Assembly (NCBI GenBank): GCA_902772945.1
Contig: CACYCU010000023.1
Location: 1 to 38,626, forward strand
DNA length: 38,626 nt
Direction: 5' to 3'
Source of the DNA: an uncultured bacterium
Lineage (GTDB): Bacteria > Cyanobacteriota > Vampirovibrionia > Gastranaerophilales > Gastranaerophilaceae
The translations under genes were made by a program, and so were the position numbers. Position 1 is the stretch's first letter; each line of letters begins with the position of its first letter. This document shows positions 15,742 through 24,525 of the stretch, in pieces. Below the pieces are notes generated by a model. The model was given only the letters and a program-made list of their open reading frames with translations, was not told where the DNA came from and did not search any database.

Positions 15742-16134
15742 ATGGATTTGATTTGCAACAATGACAAAACTGTCATCAGTAAAGTAGATATATGGTTTTT
15801 GAAAGATATAAAAGACTTTACCGCAAGGAAAATAATCATCGGATTATGCCCGAGATGCCGCAGACCTGTTGCAACTCTTATTGAAAAAAGAATAACTGAC
15901 GGACAGATATTTGTTGATGAAAATATTTCTGACAATGCAGCGGTGAAACTTATCAACCGAGAGTCTAAAAGAGCATTGTGCAAATATTTCAAAGTTGAAA
16001 CAAAGTCATTGAGCGGTTGGGTGTACGGTGTAAATACCGAAATCAGAAACAAAAAAGGTGAAACAACCCAAATCAGACAATACTCCTCTGACTTTTTAGG
16101 AAATAAATATCTCGTTAAAAAACAACAAGTATAA
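15742..16134 (+). CDS. Hypothetical Cys-containing protein, first gene of the late operon
   Basis: AAGGAAG RBS; CPRC motif; upstream of terS. Confidence 0.7.
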   Translation: MDLICNNDKTVISKVDIWFLKDIKDFTARKIIIGLCPRCRRPVATLIEKRITDGQIFVDENISDNAAVKLINRESKRALCKYFKVETKSLSGWVYGVNTEIRNKKGETTQIRQYSSDFLGNKYLVKKQQV

Positions 16135-16213
16135 AGCTCTCTCTTCTTATTAAACATTCCGATAACTCTTTGAAGTAGAGAGTATCTGCTTTAAAGAGTT
16201 AAAGGATTATCTT

Positions 16214-16747
16214 ATGAACGAAGAACAAAGAAACGGATTAGAGGACTTTGAACCTGAATTGCCTGAACTGACAATGCAGCAAAATACTTTTGTGAAACTC
16301 ATATCACAAGGGTATATCCCGACTGATGCCTATATTGAGGCATACAACAGCACAGGCAAAAGAGCAACTGCCTATGTTGAGGCATCAAAATTATTAAAAC
16401 ACCCCAAGATTACCCCATGGCTTGAGTATTACAAGCAAGTGCAAAAAGAACATATTGCAAATGAAATCAAATACTCAATAGATGATGCCTTTAATGAATT
16501 TGAAGAGATGAAACTTATTGCGCTGCAAAGCACTGACCAATGGGGCAGACCCAATGTGCAGGCAGCAAATAAAGCAATCGAAATGAAATGCAAACTCAAA
16601 GGACTTATGAGCGATGATGCTATTTTGAATAATTCAATCACAATGCAGATGGGTGATGTTGAAGTCAACGGAGTACCGCTTGAGTTTAATATAGGTGAGG
16701 CAACGGATGCAACAGACGGTGAAACTGAAACTGCCGAAAATACTTGA
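16214..16747 (+). CDS. terS: Terminase small subunit
   Basis: LTMQQNTFV...AYIEAY...ASKLLKHPKI...ANKAIEMKCKLKGL; upstream of and overlapping terL. Confidence 0.85.
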   Translation: MNEEQRNGLEDFEPELPELTMQQNTFVKLISQGYIPTDAYIEAYNSTGKRATAYVEASKLLKHPKITPWLEYYKQVQKEHIANEIKYSIDDAFNEFEEMKLIALQSTDQWGRPNVQAANKAIEMKCKLKGLMSDDAILNNSITMQMGDVEVNGVPLEFNIGEATDATDGETETAENT

Positions 16748-18050
16748 TATACCGCCTAAATTATACCCTGTTTTATTAGAATTAAATCAACATCCGCTCT
16801 TCTTGATTGAAGGCGGCAGAGGTTCAGGCAAAACTCATACCATCGGCAGATTGATTTTATATCTCGGAGAACAAAGAAAAATCAGAGTTTGTTGCGGTCG
16901 TGTTATTAAAGACTCTGTTAAACAATCAGTCCTGACTTTGTTTAAAGATATTATCACGCAATACAATCTTGATTATGATATATCAGAGTCGCAAATTATT
17001 CACAGAAAAACAGGCTCGATAATATTTTTTAAAGGGTTCAGAGAACAAGAAATCGTAAACATAAAAGGTCTTGAAGGTGTTGACATCCTTTGGATTGACG
17101 AGGCTGAAACCGTAACAAAAAGAGCGGTTGATGTTATTGTTCCGACAATAAGAAAAGAAAATTCAGTCATCATTTTTACAATGAACAGGTTTGTCAAATC
17201 AGATGCGGTATATCAATTCTGTATCTCAAGACCTAATTGCTTGCACATTCACATAAACTATTTTGAAAATCCATATTGCCCTCAAAAATTGATAGATGAG
17301 GCAGAGGCTTGCAAAGCTGCAAATATGTCAGACTACAATCATATATGGCTTGGTTTACCTTTAGAACAAGGGTCAGACTATCTCATTGCATCATCCAAAA
17401 TTGAAGAGGCTAAAACTCTCAAATGGAATGAAGAAAAACATCCGAATAATTCTATTATGGCGGTTGATTTTTCTGCATCGGGCGGTGATTTATGTGTCGC
17501 AAAAAGACTCATACAAAGGTCAATGACTGTTTGGGAAGAGGCTGAAACAATCGCATGGTCTGAACCTGATACCGATATTACAAAAGGTAAGGTTATGAAC
17601 CTATACGGCAAATGGAAACCTAATCTGCTCATCGGTGATGCTGACGGACTCGGATATCCGATTATGTGTTCTCTTAAAAACACATTGGAAAATGTTGTTC
17701 TGTTTCGTGGTGCTATGCAAGCAAAGAATGACACAAACGGCAATGCAAGAGCAGACGGATATATGGCGGTTAAGGAAATGCTTGAATGCGGTTTTCTTAA
17801 ACTCAATGACCATAATTGCGCAAGACAACTTGAATACATGAAAATCAAATACAGACCGCAATCAGGTTCAATTCTGATTATGGATAAAAAAGAAATCAGA
17901 AAAGAACAAAACGAGTCGCCCGATTATTCAGATACACTGATGATGGCTATTTACGGAATTTATTTTTACCCTCGATATTTTATTTCAAACAGGGGTAGAG
18001 AAGATTATTCAAACTTTAAACTCGATACAGAATTTGATATTTACGACTAA
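16707..18050 (+). CDS. terL: Terminase large subunit (PBSX/Terminase_3-like)
   Basis: Walker A GGRGSGKT, Walker B ILWIDEAE, RNase H-like VDFSASGGD and C-terminal SPDYSD; GGTGAGG RBS before ATG 16707. Confidence 0.93.
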   Translation: MQQTVKLKLPKILDIPPKLYPVLLELNQHPLFLIEGGRGSGKTHTIGRLILYLGEQRKIRVCCGRVIKDSVKQSVLTLFKDIITQYNLDYDISESQIIHRKTGSIIFFKGFREQEIVNIKGLEGVDILWIDEAETVTKRAVDVIVPTIRKENSVIIFTMNRFVKSDAVYQFCISRPNCLHIHINYFENPYCPQKLIDEAEACKAANMSDYNHIWLGLPLEQGSDYLIASSKIEEAKTLKWNEEKHPNNSIMAVDFSASGGDLCVAKRLIQRSMTVWEEAETIAWSEPDTDITKGKVMNLYGKWKPNLLIGDADGLGYPIMCSLKNTLENVVLFRGAMQAKNDTNGNARADGYMAVKEMLECGFLKLNDHNCARQLEYMKIKYRPQSGSILIMDKKEIRKEQNESPDYSDTLMMAIYGIYFYPRYFISNRGREDYSNFKLDTEFDIYD

Positions 18051-18069
18051 AGATAAGGAGAAAAATATT

Positions 18070-18276
18070 ATGTGTTCAACACCAAAAATGCCTGCTGCTG
18101 ATACAACGGCAGAAAAGACAATCGCAACACCAACTCTCGCTGATGCAAGTGTAACAAAAGCATCAACAAATACAAGAAATAAAGCTGCATCCATGTCAGG
18201 CAGAAACATCACAACATCTGCAAGAGGATTGCAAGATGATGCAACCACGCAGAAAAAAGGTTTGTTAGGAGATTAG
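18070..18276 (+). CDS. Small virion protein preceding the portal
   Basis: AAGGAG RBS; MCSTPKMP...TTSARGL...KKGLLG pattern and position typical of BPP-1/T7-like heads. Confidence 0.7.
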   Translation: MCSTPKMPAADTTAEKTIATPTLADASVTKASTNTRNKAASMSGRNITTSARGLQDDATTQKKGLLGD

Positions 18277-18278
18277 CG

Positions 18279-19994
18279 ATGCCAAAAGGTTTAGAAACAG
18301 ACGAAAAACAAGAAAAACCTACACAACAAAGTAAACCAAAAAACTTTGTTTATAATACTCAATATTTTGAAAAAAGACGGTCACAATTAGACGATACATT
18401 CAATCAGATTAAACCTGACTTGAGAGAATTGTCTGAATACTTTGCGCCTCGTATGAGCAGATTTCTTGTAACTGATATCAACAAACCTATTAAAAAATCA
18501 AAAAAAATTGTTGACTCCATAACCTTAACCGCCGTAAAAAACTTTGCAGCAGGGATGCAATCAGGTGCAACATCCGCTGCAACAAGATGGTTTAAAGCGC
18601 AAATGAAAAGAAAAGAACTCAATCAAATTCCTGAAGTCAAGCAATGGTGTTCTGACCAAGAAGAATTGACTCGCAGAATTTTAGCAGGTTCAAACTTTTA
18701 TCAGTTGATGCTCGGTGTTTATAAACAACTCGGCTCGTACTCATTTGCCTGCTTATCAATGCAACCTGATTATGATACAGTTGTGAATTTTAAATTGTTA
18801 CCGATTGGCTCTTATCGTTATGCTAAAGACAACAGAGGCGAAGTTGATACTCTTTGCAGAAACTTTAAAGAGTCTGCAAAAAATATCGTTGAAAGATACG
18901 GATATGAAAACTGCTCAAGTGAAGTTAAAACCGCATACGATAACAATAATGAGGTTTATTTTGAATTAGTTTATTTTGTTGAGAAAAACAAAGAATATAA
19001 ACCAAATTCACCATTATCGAAATTTAAAAGATTTAAAGCCGTTACATATCAGGTAGGGCAAACTAAATTTCTTGAGGATAAAGGATTTGACAGATTTCCT
19101 TTTGCAATATTTGAGGCAGAAGTCAACGGAGAAGATAATTACCCATCTAATTGCCCAGGGATTGAGGCATTGCCTGATGCAAAACAACTGATGACTCAAG
19201 TCAAAGAATATTCAAAAGCAATCAAAAAACTTGTATCTCCATTGTATAAAGGTCCTGCATCATTGATGAAAGTTAAAGGGATAACCGATGCCCCGGGGCA
19301 GATTATTCCTGAAGATGACCAAGGCAGAGGGATATCAACAGTATATGAAATCAATCCTCGTGTTTTAGAACTTAAACAAAATAATGATGAACTCAAACAA
19401 ACTATCAAAGAACATTTTTACAATGACTTGTTTGCGGTTATCTTAAACACAGCAGAACGAGGCAGAACAGCAACCGAGGTCAACGAAATAAAGGAAGAAA
19501 AAATGGTTCTTCTCTCTCCATTACTTGACCAAGTTCATAAAGGATTAAGAGCAATACTTGATTGGATTTTTTATGAATGTATCAGAGTCGGGATAATGCC
19601 GCAACCCCCTGAAGAAATACAAGCAGAAGAGATGGAAACAGAATTTATTTCTGCTCTTGCTCTTGCTCAAAAGGTTAAAGGTATATCAGGCATTGAAAGA
19701 TTTACAACCTTTACAACAAATCTTGCGCAAGCGGTTGACCCGACACTTGTTTACAAAATCAATGGTGACCAAATTATTGATGATTATGCAGAGATTGCAA
19801 ATATCAATCCTGCTCATGTAATACCGACAGAAGATGTGAACAAAAAAAGAGCTGAAATCGCTCAACAACAAGCGCAAGCACAAGCACAAGCGCAAGCACT
19901 TCAAGCGGTTCAAGCAGGCACAGAGGCAATTAAAAACATGGGCGGTGTCGACTCAATCGGTGGAGATTTGATGACTCGCATGGGGATAGGATAG
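18279..19994 (+). CDS. Portal (head-tail connector) protein, T7/BPP-1-like
   Basis: PGIEALPDAKQL, RTATEVNEIKEEKMVLLSP and EFISALALAQK motifs; 571 aa. Confidence 0.92.
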   Translation: MPKGLETDEKQEKPTQQSKPKNFVYNTQYFEKRRSQLDDTFNQIKPDLRELSEYFAPRMSRFLVTDINKPIKKSKKIVDSITLTAVKNFAAGMQSGATSAATRWFKAQMKRKELNQIPEVKQWCSDQEELTRRILAGSNFYQLMLGVYKQLGSYSFACLSMQPDYDTVVNFKLLPIGSYRYAKDNRGEVDTLCRNFKESAKNIVERYGYENCSSEVKTAYDNNNEVYFELVYFVEKNKEYKPNSPLSKFKRFKAVTYQVGQTKFLEDKGFDRFPFAIFEAEVNGEDNYPSNCPGIEALPDAKQLMTQVKEYSKAIKKLVSPLYKGPASLMKVKGITDAPGQIIPEDDQGRGISTVYEINPRVLELKQNNDELKQTIKEHFYNDLFAVILNTAERGRTATEVNEIKEEKMVLLSPLLDQVHKGLRAILDWIFYECIRVGIMPQPPEEIQAEEMETEFISALALAQKVKGISGIERFTTFTTNLAQAVDPTLVYKINGDQIIDDYAEIANINPAHVIPTEDVNKKRAEIAQQQAQAQAQAQALQAVQAGTEAIKNMGGVDSIGGDLMTRMGIG

Positions 19995-20079
19995 TTTTAA
20001 ATCGTGTTATTGAGGTTTGAGTCTGAACCTAATCTGATTACCTCGCTACCTCAAACCTCTTATTTTTTTGGAGAAGTTT

Positions 20080-20325
20080 ATGGATAAAAGAGAATTGCAA
20101 ATTCTCTCTAATGTCATGAATAACGAGTACGGATTGAAATTTATTTTTATTCTGCTCAATCACTTGGGTGCATTTGATTATTCAATCAACAGAAACCTGA
20201 CAGATAGAGATGTATTCATGCACATAGGCAAAAGAGAGAAAGGGTGTTGGCTTTTAGATTGTTGCTATAAAGCTAATCCCAATAAATTTATGGAACTGTT
20301 AGCACAACAAAAAAAGGAGAATTAA
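20080..20325 (+). CDS. Bbp19-like small head-module protein
   Basis: Lies between portal and scaffold; VMNNEYGLKFI...FMHIGKREKGCWLL; GGAG RBS. Confidence 0.65.
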   Translation: MDKRELQILSNVMNNEYGLKFIFILLNHLGAFDYSINRNLTDRDVFMHIGKREKGCWLLDCCYKANPNKFMELLAQQKKEN

Positions 20326-21006
20326 ATGGAAAACACAGAAAACAATGCAGCAGAAAACACAAACCTTGAAGATGGTCAAAATCTTGACAATGCTGCTGAT
20401 GAAAAAAATCAAGGTTTAAATGAAGGTGAACAAAATCAGGATAACACCGAAAACAACAATGAAAACGATGACAATTCTGATGATGATGGCAAATATGGTT
20501 CACCTGATAATTATGACTATTCAACAGTTGAGTTGCCCGAAGGGATGCAACTTGATGAAGAATTATTGAACGAATTTAATCCGCTAGCTAAAGAACTGAA
20601 TTTGTCAAATGACTCGGCGAATAAACTCATGGCTCTCGGTGTTAAGTTAGCACAAAAGAATGCGGCATCATTCAAAGAGGCTACCGAACAAGCAGCGATT
20701 GCAGAAAAAAACTCGTATCTTGAGCAATTAAACAATGACAAAGATTTGAAGGTTCTGAATACTGACGATTATAACAAATATCTTGATATCGCAAATCAAG
20801 GTTATAACGCAGTTGCTACAAAAGAATTTAAAACATTTTTAAATTCTAAAGGTCTGACACACCACCCTGAATTTATCAAAGTGTTTCACAAAATCGGTGA
20901 ATTATGTTCAGACTCTTCAATCCCTGATGCAAAAATACCGCCATCAGCGGAGAAGTCTGCTGCTGATATTCTTTACGGAAAATCAACATCAGATGAACAG
21001 GATTAA
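20326..21006 (+). CDS. Capsid scaffolding protein
   Basis: Acidic low-complexity N-terminus; PDNYD...LPEG...AKELNLS; GLTHHPEFIKVFHKIG; C-terminal SAADILYG. Confidence 0.8.
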   Translation: MENTENNAAENTNLEDGQNLDNAADEKNQGLNEGEQNQDNTENNNENDDNSDDDGKYGSPDNYDYSTVELPEGMQLDEELLNEFNPLAKELNLSNDSANKLMALGVKLAQKNAASFKEATEQAAIAEKNSYLEQLNNDKDLKVLNTDDYNKYLDIANQGYNAVATKEFKTFLNSKGLTHHPEFIKVFHKIGELCSDSSIPDAKIPPSAEKSAADILYGKSTSDEQD

Positions 21007-21067
21007 GGATTTGCCTGTAAATTGAAATCCGTAGGTACAAATAAAAAGTAGAAAAGGAGAAAACAAA

Positions 21068-22072
21068 ATGGCTACTAAAGGAAACACTTATCCATCTTTA
21101 AAAGATTATTACTCTCAAATTGAGGGTGATGGCAAAATCACATCAACTATCATTGACTTGTTTGTTCAATCAAACACAATATTAGAGGATGCAATCGCCA
21201 TCGAATGTAATGACGGAACTAACCACAAAACAACAGTCAGAAACGGATTGCCTGAACCACAATTCAGAAAATTTTATCAAGGTGCAAAATGCACAAAGGG
21301 CGAATATACAACCGTTACTGACGGCACTGCAATGTTGTCTGATTACTCCAATGTTGATAAAGACCTTGCAGACTTGAACGGTAATACAAACCAATTCAGA
21401 TTAAATGAGGCAGATGCACACATTCAAGGTATGAATAACACCGTACAAGAAAATATTATCTATGGTAATAAAGGCAAAAACGCATCCGCTTTTGACGGAT
21501 TTGCAACAAGATACAATACTATCTCAACAACAAAAGGTGAAATCGGTTATCAAGTTATTGATGCAGGCGGTACAAGCACAGATAATACTTCAATTTATTT
21601 AATCGGTTGGGGCGAAAAATCCGCTCACTTAATCTATCCGAGAGGTTCAAAAGCAGGACTTGACCACAAAGACCTTGGAGAGGAAACTGTCAAAGACAGT
21701 AATGGTGATGAATATCAAGCATACAGAGATTACTTCTCTTGGAAACTTGGCTTATCCGTAAGAAATTACAGAGCATCAGGCAGAATTGCAAATATTAAAG
21801 TAAGCGACTTAGGAACTTCAAATGCTGCTGATATATGTGATTTGATGGTTAAACTATATCACCGCTGCAAACAACATTCTAAAATTGCAAAAGCAAAACA
21901 AGTTTGGTATGTAAATGAAACAATAGAAACATACTTGCACTTGCAAGCTATGAACAAAACAAATGTGCGCTTAACTCTTGACGAAGTTGACGGACAACCT
22001 ATTGTAAAATTCTTGGGCATACCTGTTAAATGTTGCGATGCAATTCTTGATACAGAGGCAAGAGTTGTTTAA
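21068..22072 (+). CDS. Major capsid protein (BPP-1 Bbp17-like)
   Basis: NDGTNHKTTVRNGLP...FRKFYQG, VDKDLADLNGN, FDGFATRY, C-terminal FLGIPVKCCDAILDTEARV. Confidence 0.92.
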   Translation: MATKGNTYPSLKDYYSQIEGDGKITSTIIDLFVQSNTILEDAIAIECNDGTNHKTTVRNGLPEPQFRKFYQGAKCTKGEYTTVTDGTAMLSDYSNVDKDLADLNGNTNQFRLNEADAHIQGMNNTVQENIIYGNKGKNASAFDGFATRYNTISTTKGEIGYQVIDAGGTSTDNTSIYLIGWGEKSAHLIYPRGSKAGLDHKDLGEETVKDSNGDEYQAYRDYFSWKLGLSVRNYRASGRIANIKVSDLGTSNAADICDLMVKLYHRCKQHSKIAKAKQVWYVNETIETYLHLQAMNKTNVRLTLDEVDGQPIVKFLGIPVKCCDAILDTEARVV

Positions 22073-22162
22073 TAAATTAGCCAAAACACCTCATAAAAAA
22101 CCGATAGCAGAGCGGTAATACTCTGCTGATTATTAGTACACAAAACATAAGGAGATATAAAA

Positions 22163-22573
22163 ATGTTATTAGATATGGAAACATTATTTTCTGATGCTCA
22201 AGCGGTTACTGCAACCGCAGCATCAACAAATGTAATTCACACAGCAGCAGGCAAATTAAAAGAGATTGCTTTTGGTCAGCCAATGCCTCTTTTGGTTCAA
22301 GTTGTTAATGATTTTGCAACTTGCACATCAGTTAAAGTCGGAGTACAAACGGCAACAGATGAGGCTTTCACTTCACCTGTTACTCTTGCTGAAACCGCTG
22401 CAATTCCTGTTGCAAGTTTAAAAGCAGGTTACAAATTCCCGATAAACTTTATGCCTAAAGGCAACTTGGGTTATACAAGATTGTATTACACAGTTGCAGG
22501 CAGCAATGCAACCGCAGGCAAAATCACCGCAGGATTTGTTGCTGCTCATGACAATTCTTTCCAAGATATGTAA
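22163..22573 (+). CDS. Capsid cement/decoration protein (Bbp16-like)
   Basis: MLLD...FSDAQAVTATAASTNVI...LKAGY...YTRLYYTV...TAGKITAG; directly after the capsid gene. Confidence 0.82.
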   Translation: MLLDMETLFSDAQAVTATAASTNVIHTAAGKLKEIAFGQPMPLLVQVVNDFATCTSVKVGVQTATDEAFTSPVTLAETAAIPVASLKAGYKFPINFMPKGNLGYTRLYYTVAGSNATAGKITAGFVAAHDNSFQDM

Positions 22574-22580
22574 ACATGTT

Positions 22581-22620
22581 AGGTTGACTGCTTGAATAAT
22601 CAGGCGGTCAACCTTTTTAT
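22581..22620 (+). terminator. Terminator after the capsid and cement genes
   Basis: AGGTTGACTGCTTGA-ATAA-TCAGGCGGTCAACCT followed by TTTT. Confidence 0.8.
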
Positions 22621-22637
22621 GAAAAAGGAGAAAACAA

Positions 22638-22865
22638 ATGTCAGATGTAAAAGAAGAAGAAAAGAAAGAAAAAAAAGAGTTTGGCAAATATGACAGATGG
22701 GAGATTGAGCATGCAGTCGATACGATTATAAAAGCTGAACAAATCAAACTTGATAAAGACATCATGAAATATGTATTGCCACTATTAGAAAAACAAAAGA
22801 AGGCAGCAGATAGAGCATCTAGTGCCGCAGAAATTTTATACGGAAAAGAAAAAGGAGAAAACTAA
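22638..22865 (+). CDS. Hypothetical protein
   Basis: AAGGAG RBS; ends SAAEILYGK, like the scaffold C-terminus. Confidence 0.75.
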   Translation: MSDVKEEEKKEKKEFGKYDRWEIEHAVDTIIKAEQIKLDKDIMKYVLPLLEKQKKAADRASSAAEILYGKEKGEN

Positions 22866-23263
22866 TGAAAGTTATATGTAAAATCAGAGCATATTGGGAT
22901 GGCGAAATAATTAAACCAGGGCAGATTGTTGAAATAAAAGGCAAAGATGTTCCTTGTTGGGCAAAACCTTTGAACGCAAAAACACCTGAACCAAAGGAAG
23001 AGGAAAACAACAAAACACCTGAACCAAAGGAAAATAAAACTCCTAAAGATAACAAAAAAGAAGATGATAAAAAAGCAACAGAAGAAATAAAACCTGCTGA
23101 TGCACAGGCTCTTGCGGCAAAAAATGAAAGTGAACTCAATGCAATTCTTGAAGAATTGAGAACAGAGGCTCTTGATAAAAATATTACAGTCGATGCAGAA
23201 AATAAAACTGTTATTGAACAAATCAACGAACTAAAAATCAAACTCGGAAAGGTAAACAAATAA
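22865..23263 (+). CDS. Hypothetical head-region protein with a KTPEPKE repeat linker
   Basis: AAGGAG RBS; TAATG overlap. Confidence 0.75.
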   Translation: MKVICKIRAYWDGEIIKPGQIVEIKGKDVPCWAKPLNAKTPEPKEEENNKTPEPKENKTPKDNKKEDDKKATEEIKPADAQALAAKNESELNAILEELRTEALDKNITVDAENKTVIEQINELKIKLGKVNK

Positions 23264-23910
23264 TGTGTGATTTTGGTATTACCGCACTTGTTACATCCGT
23301 TGTTGCAACTGTTTTAAGTACAACAATGGGTGTCGTTTCAAGTGTTCAGCAGGGTAAAGCAACCCAAGCGCAAATGAATTATCAAGCTGATGTAAACAGA
23401 AGAAATGCCAAAAAGGCGCAGCAGAATGCCGAAGATAAACGACAAGAGGGAATTGAAGAGGCTAGAATGACAAGACTCAAAACCGCCCAAAGAGTCGGAT
23501 TGCAACAGGCATCTCTTGCGGCAAACGGTGTGGATGTTTCCGAAGGTACGGCTCTTGATATGATTGAAGATACCTCTGCAATGGGTGAACTTGATGCGCT
23601 GACAACTCACTACAACTATGAGAAACAGGCACTTGCGTTTGATGCGCAAAAAAATAATTTTAATAATCAGGCAAACCTCGATGTTTTTGCAGGGCAGAAT
23701 GCTTATAAATCAGGAATGATGAATGCTGTCGGGGCAGGTATCAATGGACTCGGGCAGATTGCATCTGTATCATCCAAATGGTATGGCGATAATTCTGTCG
23801 GAAAAAATAACAATATGAACGGAGTGCCAACAGAATACACAGGCACAAAAGTTGCAAATGACAGACAAATGAAAAGAAACGGCTATGTGGGAACATTGCC
23901 AACTTTTTAA
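23263..23910 (+). CDS. Internal virion (ejection) protein, T7 gp14/P22 gp7-like
   Basis: Hydrophobic N-terminus, Gln/Ala-rich coil, LAANGVDVSEGTALD motif, Gly-rich C-terminus. Confidence 0.72.
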   Translation: MCDFGITALVTSVVATVLSTTMGVVSSVQQGKATQAQMNYQADVNRRNAKKAQQNAEDKRQEGIEEARMTRLKTAQRVGLQQASLAANGVDVSEGTALDMIEDTSAMGELDALTTHYNYEKQALAFDAQKNNFNNQANLDVFAGQNAYKSGMMNAVGAGINGLGQIASVSSKWYGDNSVGKNNNMNGVPTEYTGTKVANDRQMKRNGYVGTLPTF

Positions 23911-23927
23911 AATAAGGAATTAAAACA

Positions 23928-24518
23928 ATGGCATTTTCAAAAACAAAAATTTTCAATATAGCTTTGAGCAATCTCGGTGTTTCCGCACCTATACAAAACA
24001 GTATAGAAGAAAACCCGAATGCAATCTTGATGAATAATTATTATGAACTTGCAAGAGATACTGTTCTTGAGGCGCATGAGTGGTCTTTTGCGACTGCCTT
24101 TAAAGAGATGTCTATTGCTCATGAAGAAAATCAAAACGCAAATTATCAATACTCATTCACATACCCGAATGATTGCATATCACCGAGAGCAATAATTGAT
24201 TTTGTTGATAACAAAGAAAAGAAATTTGAACCTGTTATTGACTCTAACGGAGAAAAGGTTATTCTCACAAATTGTAATCCTTGCCTGTTGAGATATACAA
24301 AAAGAGTTACAAACGAAACATTTTTTCCTGCTGCTTTTGTTAATGCTCTTGCTTTTTATCTTGCATATTTGTCGGCTCAAGTTGTTACAGGTTCTAACAA
24401 CAAGAAAAATACAAACCTGCAAGATTATCAAATTGCAATAAGGCAAGCAATCGTTACTGATGCAAGAAAAACCACTAATCACGACCAAGATGATAAATGT
24501 TATATAGATGCAAGGTAA
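23928..24518 (+). CDS. Tail tubular protein A (adaptor/gatekeeper)
   Basis: IFNIALSNLG...ARDTVLEAHEWSFA...YPNDC...FVNALAFYLA. Confidence 0.85.
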   Translation: MAFSKTKIFNIALSNLGVSAPIQNSIEENPNAILMNNYYELARDTVLEAHEWSFATAFKEMSIAHEENQNANYQYSFTYPNDCISPRAIIDFVDNKEKKFEPVIDSNGEKVILTNCNPCLLRYTKRVTNETFFPAAFVNALAFYLAYLSAQVVTGSNNKKNTNLQDYQIAIRQAIVTDARKTTNHDQDDKCYIDAR

Positions 24519-24525
24519 ATAAAAC

